NCBI GenBank assembly: GCA_903857825.1
Contig: CAIOGI010000009.1
Coordinates: 7,203 to 71,202, forward strand
DNA length: 64,000 bases
Origin: Candidatus Tayloriibacteriota bacterium
GTDB taxonomy: Bacteria > Patescibacteriota > Minisyncoccia > Phycocordibacterales > PALSA-1337
Direction: 5' to 3'
Shown here piece after piece: positions 28,887-37,980 of the stretch (positions within the stretch are counted from its first letter, which is position 1; the number at the start of each line of letters is the position of its first letter). The position numbers and the translations under genes are program-made. The notes beneath the pieces were generated by a model. The model saw only the letters and a program-made list of their open reading frames with translations. It did no database searches and was not told the origin of the DNA.

Positions 28887-29206
28887 TTCGTGACTTTATT
28901 CAACTCCGCAACCACGAAGTCATATTCCGCAGGCGTTGCTTGCTCAAGCCTGTCGGCAATGTTCTCCGAGCTACCGGCATACGAGACAATGAGCTGTTCA
29001 AAGGTTCTATTCTCGGCTTTGAGCATGATTGAAGCATCGACATCCTTCATAATACTTTCGCCTTCACTTGCGATATCATTCGGGTCGATCTTGATGCCTT
29101 CAAGGAAGGCGCTTTTAATAGCATTTCTTTCCTTGGCGTTCATGAAAGACTTGATAACGAGTTCTTTTCCGAGAGGCGTTGTGAGTTTTATTGTTTCTCT
29201 TTCCAT
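28862..29206 (-). CDS. Tail assembly chaperone (gpG-like)
   Basis: Between the tail tube and tape measure genes; ends in a slippery site. Confidence 0.8.
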   Translation of the reverse strand: MERETIKLTTPLGKELVIKSFMNAKERNAIKSAFLEGIKIDPNDIASEGESIMKDVDASIMLKAENRTFEQLIVSYAGSSENIADRLEQATPAEYDFVVAELNKVTKGNFQSAK

Positions 29207-29224
29207 AATGGTTAATTATTTTGA

Positions 29225-30214
29225 TTAATATGATGCGACTGCATTTGTTGCTAATGCTGAAATCATCAAGGTGTCGCTAATACTGTAGTGAGCCTTGAAT
29301 GAAAGTGTCTGACGGACCAAGTCATTGACCTTCACTGGTCGTGTGATTTCTTTAAAGATCACTTTGGCAAGATCAATACGGATTTCAGGGTTGGCAGCAC
29401 TACCGATCGTGACATCAGAGTTTACGAGGTCGAGTCTCATAGCTTTAGCGGTTGTCGCAAGTGCAGCAGTCTTGTAATCAGATTCGTTTTGCCACAATGC
29501 CTCAAAGGTTCCTTCAATTGAAAACTGCTTGTTAAGGAAATCAGATGGCGTAGCGCTTCCGAGAACATCATCGTCTTCAATATTTTGGTCAATCTTCAAG
29601 GTTAGAGACTTGATACTCATGGCTGAAGCTGCACCGAGACCAGAATATGATGATGCGAGCTTGAAGGTGAGGTGTTGAGGGAGGAATCTGTTCTCAGTTG
29701 TAGCTGCAGGAGTCAGAGTAGCCGTTGCTCCCTTCTTTGCCTTGAGTCCGAGAGTGTAATCAAGGAACTTATTGAGCTCATACGAGATCTCAAGAGAGGT
29801 CACTGCTCCGTTACCATGCTTGTAGTCCTGCGCTCCGAGTGGATCGTCAATAAAGAGCGAGAGTGCCTGATGTTGAGAGCTTTGAGCAACTGTAATGGTG
29901 TGATCTTTGATGGTCGCATCGGAGTCTGCGTTATCTCCGGTTGAAAGCGAACCGAGAATCGAATAAAGAATGAGAGGAAAGTGCTTATCACCAATTGGTG
30001 CTTTGACTGATCCTTCTGCCCACTCCTTTACTTTGCTCTGGCCGACCGAATCCTCAATCACCCCACGTGACTGATCGTCGGTCACGAGCGAAAATTTCTC
30101 ATTGATATCGAGTTCTGAAAATGGAATCCAGTAGGTTGCAGCCGATTCCGGCGTACCTCGGGAGGTTTCCTTTGCGATTCCGAACTGTATTAATCTTCCT
30201 ATTCCTTTTGACAT
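29225..30214 (-). CDS. Major tail tube protein
   Basis: GIAKET..GTP N-terminus; position in the operon. Confidence 0.8.
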   Translation of the reverse strand: MSKGIGRLIQFGIAKETSRGTPESAATYWIPFSELDINEKFSLVTDDQSRGVIEDSVGQSKVKEWAEGSVKAPIGDKHFPLILYSILGSLSTGDNADSDATIKDHTITVAQSSQHQALSLFIDDPLGAQDYKHGNGAVTSLEISYELNKFLDYTLGLKAKKGATATLTPAATTENRFLPQHLTFKLASSYSGLGAASAMSIKSLTLKIDQNIEDDDVLGSATPSDFLNKQFSIEGTFEALWQNESDYKTAALATTAKAMRLDLVNSDVTIGSAANPEIRIDLAKVIFKEITRPVKVNDLVRQTLSFKAHYSISDTLMISALATNAVASY

Positions 30215-30226
30215 ATATTTTTATAA

Positions 30227-30412
30227 TTAATTATTTTCTTGTAATGGCTTTTCGACTTTCACTCTCGACTCACTCCACACTCTCTCCGCTTCTTCCTGAC
30301 TATCAGCTCGGATGGTCTGAGGAAGATATTCCTGCCCTCCGGAGAAGAAGTATTCCTGCTTGTTTTTCGCATCCTCCTTCCCTATCATTTTGTTTTTATT
30401 ATTTGTTTGCAT
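30227..30412 (-). CDS. Small phage protein
   Basis: ORF within the operon. Confidence 0.55.
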   Translation of the reverse strand: MQTNNKNKMIGKEDAKNKQEYFFSGGQEYLPQTIRADSQEEAERVWSESRVKVEKPLQENN

Positions 30413-30416
30413 AAAT

Positions 30417-30860
30417 TTAGAATGATAAATTTTTAATAGCTTTGGCTTTTACTGAGACCGTAAAGACAATGAATGTACCGTCACCTGAAGTGATACTCTC
30501 GGGAGTCGAGGAAGATGGCTCAACACCGCCGTTTGCTGTACCTCCTAATGTTGGATCCTCATCGAAGGCGTTAATGATAGTTTCCATGAGCTCCTCGATG
30601 TTGTTTGCAGAGGCAACATTCTCTCCCTTTTGAATGATTCCGATCGTAAAGTTGTGAGTACGGAGATTATCACGGTTGGTTTCAGCAGCTCCCTCAAGAG
30701 AGGGTGAGGCAAGGATAGCTGCAGGAAAAGTTCCAATATCCTTGTATGCAAATCCATCCTGCTTGAAGTCATCAACAATGACTTGACCGAGCGTAGTCGG
30801 GACCAAGGAGTCGAGCTTTGCCTTCACTGCATTTTTAATTGTGGTTACAATTGCTGTCAT
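30417..30860 (-). CDS. Tail terminator-like protein
   Basis: FPAAIL and DPTLGG motifs; position. Confidence 0.65.
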   Translation of the reverse strand: MTAIVTTIKNAVKAKLDSLVPTTLGQVIVDDFKQDGFAYKDIGTFPAAILASPSLEGAAETNRDNLRTHNFTIGIIQKGENVASANNIEELMETIINAFDEDPTLGGTANGGVEPSSSTPESITSGDGTFIVFTVSVKAKAIKNLSF

Positions 30861-31243
30861 AGTCGTGTTTGATTAGCTATCTGCCTATTCACTATGTCCT
30901 GGGCTTCACGAAATATTTTGTTTACCTCAGGCTCAGCTTTTTTGATAATCTTGAGCATGAAAGGGTTGGCTTTTATATATTTCGTACCGTCATGCACAAA
31001 GATTGCGTAATGAGCTGTCGGATACCAAGCAGCTTGAAGCCTTGCTGTTTTGTATCGAAACGATTGCAGAAGATTTCCTGTCCTCCACGGGACCGGATTA
31101 TCTTTCAAAGTATTTTTTGCGAAGATTGCCCCGGTTGCCATGACTGCTTTCTGAAATATCGGTTCAGAAATCTTCGGGTAATTTCTAAAAGCGAAGTTAA
31201 GCTCCTTAAGTCCTCGTATTTCAATTTTGAAATCTCCAGCCAT
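30857..31243 (-). CDS. HK97 gp10-like tail completion protein
   Basis: PWRTGNL..S, YAIFVHDGT and ANPFM motifs. Confidence 0.82.
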   Translation of the reverse strand: MAGDFKIEIRGLKELNFAFRNYPKISEPIFQKAVMATGAIFAKNTLKDNPVPWRTGNLLQSFRYKTARLQAAWYPTAHYAIFVHDGTKYIKANPFMLKIIKKAEPEVNKIFREAQDIVNRQIANQTRL

Positions 31244-31247
31244 ATGA

Positions 31248-31871
31248 TTAAAAGAAATTTACCCTCCTGTATTTATTAATCGTCTCTTGGTCTTCCGTAT
31301 TAAGAAGATCTTTCCAGGTGATCGACCCACCGTTAAAGTCCTCTCGTGCTTTCCCTTCCGCTTCCCGTCTTTTAAAGAGCTTTATAACAAGCCTCTCAGC
31401 AAGATCTGTAAGATCTGCCGGTAGGGTATGCGTACTACTGTCTCCGTAATTAGCGAAGTTAATTTTGTAGCCTGCTGTATATGTCGCACGGACATTATTT
31501 GTCCCGTGAATAACGGCACCACGAAACTCGATGATTCCTGATGTGCCATCATCCAACAATTCCCAATCATCTGCTATAAAATCTGTCCAATTCGGATTAC
31601 TTTTCAAGCCAGCTCTAAATTGAAGATATGAAATGGCAGAGACCGGAGATTGTTTTAATACGAGAAGGTTATTACCATTGCTTTGCATCGAATACAATTC
31701 ATTCATATAAACTGCTACTTTGAATCGTCTATTGCATTCACCTTCAATGAAATCCGTCACACTGTTTATCAAATACAAAAGTATCGTGTCGTGAGTGGAC
31801 ACAGTGATTGTGAGTCGAGTCTTTACTCGAGCTACGGTTGTAAGAGCGTATGTTAGTAATGCTTCTGCCAT
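31248..31871 (-). CDS. Head-tail connector (gp6-like adaptor)
   Basis: LTTVARVK..L, IEGECNRRF, YTAGY and LPADL motifs. Confidence 0.8.
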   Translation of the reverse strand: MAEALLTYALTTVARVKTRLTITVSTHDTILLYLINSVTDFIEGECNRRFKVAVYMNELYSMQSNGNNLLVLKQSPVSAISYLQFRAGLKSNPNWTDFIADDWELLDDGTSGIIEFRGAVIHGTNNVRATYTAGYKINFANYGDSSTHTLPADLTDLAERLVIKLFKRREAEGKAREDFNGGSITWKDLLNTEDQETINKYRRVNFF

Positions 31872-31937
31872 AAATATTTTATTCGGGTTAAATCCCCGCT
31901 TCTTCCTCCCATGTAAATGAGAGGAAGTGGCTGGAAC

Positions 31938-32360
31938 TTAAGCAGCAGTCGAGCTGTTGCCCACTGGTTCCTTGAACGCATGTCCAAGGAGAGCAGTTGC
32001 TCCGATAAGTGCCGCCGGTGATGTACCGCCGACAAATGCAGGAGTCAGACTGATCTTCAAGTATCGCAAGCGAGATGTACCTAGTCCTTCGACTCGGATC
32101 TGCGCATGTTTACCGTCAGCTGCAAGCGTAGCTGTCGCTCCGCTCACATCGGTGTATGAACCACCTGAAGTGGCGCATTCCGTAACCTTGCACGCCACTG
32201 AATATGAATCAGGTGTACCTGTTGCCGCACCCGTATTCACTTCAATGAGCGCGCTGTTGTAACCGAGCGTATCGATTGCAGCAGAAAGTTTTTCTGAGGC
32301 TCCCTGTGCAATCGGAGCAATGCCGAGCACTGCTTTTATTCCGTCATATACTGAACGCAT
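31938..32360 (-). CDS. Phage structural protein (possible capsid decoration)
   Basis: Beta-rich small protein downstream of the capsid gene. Confidence 0.6.
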   Translation of the reverse strand: MRSVYDGIKAVLGIAPIAQGASEKLSAAIDTLGYNSALIEVNTGAATGTPDSYSVACKVTECATSGGSYTDVSGATATLAADGKHAQIRVEGLGTSRLRYLKISLTPAFVGGTSPAALIGATALLGHAFKEPVGNSSTAA

Positions 32361-32469
32361 ATGTATGATGTTTCCCTATTGGCTTGTCAGCCCTTTCAAG
32401 TTCGACTTGAGTTGGAATCGGACGATCCCGTCTCAACAAGAAAGCTATGGTGTAGAAAAGGGTTAGCCT

Positions 32470-32748
32470 TTAATCCTCGTGACTCTCATTGGCAGGGTCG
32501 GTCGCCTGACCTGGCTCCTTTTCAAAGGAACCCTCACCGTTTCCATCCGTAGATGGAACAGATGCACCCTCGCTTGCCCCTTCCTCTTTTGGAGGTTCAA
32601 TTTGCTCGGTTTGAGCGTGGGCGAGCTCCACATCGAGACCAATGTTTGCTGCTTCTTCGTCAGTCAGATTCACAGTTGCACCTTTTTCAAGGCGGTCACC
32701 ATTGAATCCAATCGGACGAACAACAGTATATTTTTTTGTATCGCTCAT
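32470..32748 (-). CDS. Small acidic phage protein
   Basis: Typical of ORFs following a capsid gene. Confidence 0.6.
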   Translation of the reverse strand: MSDTKKYTVVRPIGFNGDRLEKGATVNLTDEEAANIGLDVELAHAQTEQIEPPKEEGASEGASVPSTDGNGEGSFEKEPGQATDPANESHED

Positions 32749-32829
32749 ACGTTATATTGCTTAATTGATAAAATCTGATATTTGTTTTTACTTTTCGGAA
32801 TGAAGGTAAAAACATACTCAGAGAAAGAA

Positions 32830-34029
32830 CTATGACGCTGCGGTCTTCACGACCACGAATGCAGCAGGCAGTGCCACGACCAAAGCCACACGTTTCTTGT
32901 AAACGAGTGCTCTCTGATCGGCAAGCGCAATTTCCTTTCCTCCGAAGGTACCTGACTCGTGTTGTGACACGGTCATCTCGCCTTTTTCACCGAAGGCCAA
33001 AGCCTTCAAGTTTCCAAAGACGATGTACTTCGTCGAAACGGCAGTCGCGCTGTTTGCAGGCAAGTGCTTTGAGGTAAAGACTGGGAAGCCACCGAGCTCT
33101 CCCATAGGCTTGATGCCTCCGCCAGTTGGGTTGTTCGCAAGAACTCCCGCAGAAACAGCTCCTGCCTGAGGCAAGATAAATGCTCCTGCTGAATCCTTTT
33201 GTGTGCGAACTTTTGCCCAGACAGTGCGGTTCATGTACCACGCAGCACCGTCAAGCACTGATTCCTCAACCTGTGCGATTGTGTCAGCCGTATCAATGAC
33301 AGCATCGAATTCAGCAAAGGTGTCTTTGCCGGATGCAAGCGTAAATACAGTAACGTCAGGATGATTCAAGACTCCGACGAACGGAGCTCCTGTACCAACC
33401 AATCCCTGCTTGTCAGTCATGTTAGCGAGTGCTTCGCCTCCAAGAGCAAGCAGCCAATCCGCAAGCTGAACGTCAGCGTCAACCAAGAGGTCGTTTCCGA
33501 CCACGAAGGCGAGCTGCCATTTCTTGGCGATGAGGTTGGCCGCACCGAATGTGATTCCGGTAACAGAGCCAGCGGCATCAACGCCGAGGAATTCTCCTTC
33601 AAGGAATGCGCCAGTGTAACTTGGGATTGCCTTCTCATCAGTGCCCATAGGCCACTTCTGAGCTTGGCTCATCACAAGACCGACGGAAGCTGCGATTCGA
33701 AGAATTGCAGATTCGACTTCCTTGGAAACGAGGTAACCTCCACGGTTATCCTGTTCAGAGATCAATGCTTCATTTGCCTTGACCTTGAGACCTGCGGCGG
33801 CACGGACAACGTCGACAAACTGAGACTTCTGCTCTCCGGAGAGACCAGTCATATCCTTGCCGAAAATTGCACGCTCCATCTGCATCTTCTCCACGATTGC
33901 ACGAGTTTCCTTGGCAACGAGAGGCGACACAGCTTCGCCGAGACGCTTCTCCATGACCTCCTCAACGGCGGTCTGAAGCTGGCTCTTGATCAATTCCAAT
34001 TGTTTTTGATCCATACTATTTTGTGTCAC
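32830..34029 (-). CDS. HK97-family major capsid protein
   Basis: GGYLV, WYMNR, IVFGNL and PAAFVVV motifs; N-terminal delta domain. Confidence 0.93.
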   Translation of the reverse strand: MTQNSMDQKQLELIKSQLQTAVEEVMEKRLGEAVSPLVAKETRAIVEKMQMERAIFGKDMTGLSGEQKSQFVDVVRAAAGLKVKANEALISEQDNRGGYLVSKEVESAILRIAASVGLVMSQAQKWPMGTDEKAIPSYTGAFLEGEFLGVDAAGSVTGITFGAANLIAKKWQLAFVVGNDLLVDADVQLADWLLALGGEALANMTDKQGLVGTGAPFVGVLNHPDVTVFTLASGKDTFAEFDAVIDTADTIAQVEESVLDGAAWYMNRTVWAKVRTQKDSAGAFILPQAGAVSAGVLANNPTGGGIKPMGELGGFPVFTSKHLPANSATAVSTKYIVFGNLKALAFGEKGEMTVSQHESGTFGGKEIALADQRALVYKKRVALVVALPAAFVVVKTAAS

Positions 34030-35137
34030 GAGCGGTGTTATCGTTGATTTTTCTCAACGCTTCGCTCGTGATGTTGTTGATCATCCGCAAGACCTGACGG
34101 TTTACATTGAAGCTCTTTAAAGCCTCGATGACTTCCGACCCTGCGGCATTCGACCTTTTCTTCAGGGCATCTCCATCGAGATGTTCCTTCCCTTCGGCAC
34201 CCTCGAGCAGTTCCTCTAAGGCGGCGATTGTGGCTTTCATGCCATTGATGGCTATTTTGATTTTTGTGCGACTCATCAGTTGTCGCACTCGTGCTGTCTT
34301 TTCTGCCTTTGCTTCATCGCTCTCATCTCCGGATTCCACCGTGATCAAACTTATGATCTCTTTGGAATGAGCGATGATGCTTGCATCCGTCTCTGACTGA
34401 ATTGCGGAAAGTTCAGCACCGATTTTCTGAACAAGTTCCGGTTCTTCCGCCTTCGCTTCAACTGGAGCTTCGGCTTTCGCTTCCTCCTTTATCGTACACA
34501 CGAGCGCACCGGAACCATCAGGAAGCATCGTGCCTTCCTTGTCGTCACCAGTTGTACACGGATCCCCTTCCTGGGGTTCAGCTTTTACAAAGAGTCCTTT
34601 TGTCATGAGTTCAGAAGCATTGAGGTTAAGTTCCTTTGCCAAGGAGAGAGCCATTGGGTTTGCAGGGACCGGAACGAATGAGAACTCAAGCAATTCTGCT
34701 TTTGTAATCACATTCCCTTCCATCTCCCGAGCAATGAATCCTACGGAGGTAGTCTTCACAATCTTTGCATCATAGAGTCGGCGCACTTGCTGAGCAAAAG
34801 GATTGGCTTCTTCAGGTGCGAATCGTCCTTTTGCAATCGTCTGACCTTTGTCATTGGTGAAAATCTCATCAGTTACTCCGATTGGAAGTTCGTAGTAGTT
34901 GTGGCCCCAGAGGACAACGGGGTTATTCTTATAGTTGATGAAATCCCAACCATCTTGATCAATGACTTCTCCCTGTCTATCTTCGTCAGCTGTGGAAATG
35001 ATGACCTCGAAGGTTCCTGAGTCGGTTGCGGCTTTGGTCTTCTCGATCGCATCCTTGAATTCCTTTGTGGCGAACGCCAACGAGACCTTCTCGAGGATTT
35101 CATTATTTATTTTTTGAAATGTTGCTTCTTTTTTCAT
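34016..35137 (-). CDS. HK97-type prohead protease with C-terminal extension
   Basis: DRQGE, NPVVLWGH, SVGF and LLEFSFVPVPANP motifs. Confidence 0.92.
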   Translation of the reverse strand: MKKEATFQKINNEILEKVSLAFATKEFKDAIEKTKAATDSGTFEVIISTADEDRQGEVIDQDGWDFINYKNNPVVLWGHNYYELPIGVTDEIFTNDKGQTIAKGRFAPEEANPFAQQVRRLYDAKIVKTTSVGFIAREMEGNVITKAELLEFSFVPVPANPMALSLAKELNLNASELMTKGLFVKAEPQEGDPCTTGDDKEGTMLPDGSGALVCTIKEEAKAEAPVEAKAEEPELVQKIGAELSAIQSETDASIIAHSKEIISLITVESGDESDEAKAEKTARVRQLMSRTKIKIAINGMKATIAALEELLEGAEGKEHLDGDALKKRSNAAGSEVIEALKSFNVNRQVLRMINNITSEALRKINDNTARDTK

Positions 35138-35159
35138 GGTTTTATTTATTTTTTATTAA

Positions 35160-37355
35160 TTACCCCTCGATACTTATCTCCTCCGGCCTCGTGTAGCACC
35201 TACAACTCACATGGAGTGGCGGAGATCCAACATCGCTGTATGAAATATCAAGCTGTGATCCGTCAGCACCCGTGTGGGTATCGCCTTTATCATAGAAATT
35301 GTCATCGATGCCAATCACTTTGCCATTCATGTTCTCGCACCAAGGGCAGACCATTTCATCAGCTGCTGTGTACCACTTAATGGTCTTCACTACTCCTGTC
35401 TGCTTCCATGCTTCCTTGGTTGAATCATTGGCAATTCGGAATGTTTCCGTTCGAGCAACCTGAGCAGCGCGGACCTCATCACTAAATGCGTAAATATTTG
35501 AGATTTTACTTGTAAGTTCAGGAAGTGACGCACCTTCAGCCAAGCCTTCCTCAATTCCATCTTTCAAAAGTCCGAGAGTTGTGTCGTTGTAGCTTTCTGC
35601 AAGAAGTTTCATAGCTCGCTCAAGAGCAAGGCGTACTTCGGAGGTGAGTCTGAATCCGCTTGAGCCAAGAAGTTGCATTGCTTCAGCTCCTTCGTTTGTA
35701 TATAGATCTGTTAGTATTGGATTGGAAAGGTCAATCATTGCACCTACCCACGTCTCACGATTAAATATATCCTCTACTACTATTTTCCAGCCCTTCTTAT
35801 CAAAGAATCTGTTTAGATTTGCGATAACCACTGCTTTCTGATTATTGTTAAACTTCTTGATCCCCTCGATCATTAAATTCTCATAGCGAGTAACTCGAAG
35901 TACAAAACCTTTATAAAGAACTTCATATTCAGCGTGAGATAGATTTGATAAATCCTTGCGAGCTTTCTGCTTTACTTCTTCAAATTGCTTTTTACTTGCA
36001 TCAATGGAATCAGCCACTCGTTTTGCAATTTCTTCAGACATAACTTTTCGTGCTTTTGTATTCTTTGCACCCCGAGTCGAAGGTTTCTTGTCTCCCGTAC
36101 TTGTTTTTCTACCTGAACGATTGACTGACTTAGGTTTTGGCTTACCGAGAGCAATCTTTGAGAAATCAGTCATAACATTTTCCCCGTTATCAATTCCATC
36201 GAGTCCGAAGTATTCTTCACGGGCTTCGTTAACACTCATGACTGGCTGACCTGCAAGAGCTGCTTTCATTTCTTCAGTCTTCTGTAGCCTGTCCTCTGGG
36301 ACCGGATCTACAAAATCGAGATATAGGTTGTCACCATATCGAGGCACAAGAAATTCATTGAGTTGTTGAACGATCATTTCCATCTTCGGTTTTATGGTTC
36401 GAGCTGCAAAAACATAATTTGAGGTTTCTGCGGTCGCTCGATTGGTTTCTGATTCTGATCCTCCGAGAATTGTTTTGGGAACACGGAAACCCGCAAGGAT
36501 TTTGTCTCGCATAACTTGCTGGAGATTGGCGAAGTCCATATCTTTCGGATTACTTGAGGCTTCGTCATACTTCACACCTTTCGGAAGTACTGCTACTCGA
36601 TATGCATTGCCTGCACCTTTGTAAAGATTCTCAAATGAGGCACGGAGTACCTTCATCTGTGCATCAGTAATTGCGTTCTCGGAACTCAAGAGTCCACCGA
36701 GACGCGCACCATTTTTGAAATAGTTGAGATTAACCTCAGATGCAAAATTATCAGAATCTATCCAATCGAGAATTGCCTGGACTGTACCGATACCTTGATA
36801 CGGATCATTGGGATCTGGATATTTCAAATGCAGAATTTGCGCCTGCTTGTATGTAACAGTTTTTCCATCTATCGAATAACTGTATCCCTTAATGAATTCT
36901 GGAAGCGGTGCAGGAATCGGATTTGTATATCGAGGATTCAAAAGAAATATTGCTTTTGGTTTATCAGTATCTTTTTCAACCCCATCCAATAGCCAATATG
37001 AATTACCTGAAAGCTCAAGATGTGATCCTGTAAGATACCGAAGTTCGTATCCAGTTTGGAAGGGATTCACCCCATCGAGTAAATCAAGAAGCTCATGATC
37101 AAATATTTCTTCATGCACTCCATCCTTATTCACCTGGAACAGCCGGAAGGAAATCTTTGCAAGTTCTTCTGCAATCGCACGGATAGCGGCATACGTCCAT
37201 GCGTTATATGTACCCATCGCTTTATCAATCGACACTTTTCTTGAGCGACTCCAAAGAGTGAACGGATCATCGTTTGAAAGACCAGAAGCAAGCGGGGGAT
37301 TTAATCCTTTGCGAGTGAGACCTATGAGTTTTAATGTCTTATCGAAAATATTCAT
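35160..37355 (-). CDS. Portal protein fused to a MuF (gp7-like) minor head domain
   Basis: HK97-type portal (LSGNSYW, FRVP..LG) plus RAAQVARTE...CPWC...PPLHVSCRC; probable start MNIFDK. Confidence 0.9.
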   Translation of the reverse strand: MNIFDKTLKLIGLTRKGLNPPLASGLSNDDPFTLWSRSRKVSIDKAMGTYNAWTYAAIRAIAEELAKISFRLFQVNKDGVHEEIFDHELLDLLDGVNPFQTGYELRYLTGSHLELSGNSYWLLDGVEKDTDKPKAIFLLNPRYTNPIPAPLPEFIKGYSYSIDGKTVTYKQAQILHLKYPDPNDPYQGIGTVQAILDWIDSDNFASEVNLNYFKNGARLGGLLSSENAITDAQMKVLRASFENLYKGAGNAYRVAVLPKGVKYDEASSNPKDMDFANLQQVMRDKILAGFRVPKTILGGSESETNRATAETSNYVFAARTIKPKMEMIVQQLNEFLVPRYGDNLYLDFVDPVPEDRLQKTEEMKAALAGQPVMSVNEAREEYFGLDGIDNGENVMTDFSKIALGKPKPKSVNRSGRKTSTGDKKPSTRGAKNTKARKVMSEEIAKRVADSIDASKKQFEEVKQKARKDLSNLSHAEYEVLYKGFVLRVTRYENLMIEGIKKFNNNQKAVVIANLNRFFDKKGWKIVVEDIFNRETWVGAMIDLSNPILTDLYTNEGAEAMQLLGSSGFRLTSEVRLALERAMKLLAESYNDTTLGLLKDGIEEGLAEGASLPELTSKISNIYAFSDEVRAAQVARTETFRIANDSTKEAWKQTGVVKTIKWYTAADEMVCPWCENMNGKVIGIDDNFYDKGDTHTGADGSQLDISYSDVGSPPLHVSCRCYTRPEEISIEG

Positions 37356-37361
37356 ACAAAT

Positions 37362-37436
37362 AAAAAAGGGCTTGCGGTGCAAACCTTCTTCGTGAGAAGA
37401 AGACTTACATCACAAGCCCTCTGGGGTATCCAGTCG
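37362..37436 (-). terminator. Long U-tailed hairpin just upstream of the portal ATG, preceded by a GACTGG-ATACC-CCAGAGG mini-hairpin
   Basis: AGGGCTTG...CAAGCCC followed by U6, ending 6 nt before the start codon. Confidence 0.7.
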
Positions 37437-37544
37437 GACTATACGAACACAATTTTGAAAGGTACTGTTACATCATATCGGACCAACAACATTCACACCA
37501 GAGAGTGTGTGGATAAATAATTTCATTGAAAAATGTTGCTGTTC

Positions 37545-37760
37545 CTATATCGTGACATGTTCCTGATCATCAATATCCATGCTTTTACGAAGTAGTTCAT
37601 TTCTCCTATCTCCCAACTTCTTCTCAAGACGAATTATTTCTTCATCGGTTCCATGAGCAAGTGTTTGACTGATATATTCCATGTCAGGATTTTCACCATA
37701 TGCATTACTAAGTTCGGCCACATGATTCATCACTTCTTTTTTTGTATCTTCTATATTCAT
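37545..37760 (-). CDS. Moron-like small protein with its own leaderless promoter
   Basis: TGGTACAAT-N6-ATG; AT-rich. Confidence 0.6.
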   Translation of the reverse strand: MNIEDTKKEVMNHVAELSNAYGENPDMEYISQTLAHGTDEEIIRLEKKLGDRRNELLRKSMDIDDQEHVTI

Positions 37761-37797
37761 AACAATATTGTACCAATAATTTATTTTTTTTGCATTC

Positions 37798-37980
37798 CTA
37801 TAGTTCCTTTACCTCAAAATCATTCGGATCAGTTGGCTTCTTCTGGACTGTATATTCTACTAGAGTGACTTTCTTTTCATTAACTCTAAGAACAATCTGA
37901 CCATGTGGAATTTTATCGGCAAGCTCCATGATGTCCTGCCATTCTTTCGTTATTTCTTTCATAATTCTGGTTGGTATCAT
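37798..37980 (-). CDS. DUF2292/YezD-like small protein
   Basis: IPHGQIVLRVNEKKVTLVE...KK pattern. Confidence 0.55.
   Translation of the reverse strand: MIPTRIMKEITKEWQDIMELADKIPHGQIVLRVNEKKVTLVEYTVQKKPTDPNDFEVKEL

Noticed and set aside
33361..34047. Long antisense or alternate-frame ORFs (for example 33361-34047 + and 40324-41067 -)
   Set aside because: They are shadows of the well-supported capsid and methyltransferase genes and carry no motifs of their own.
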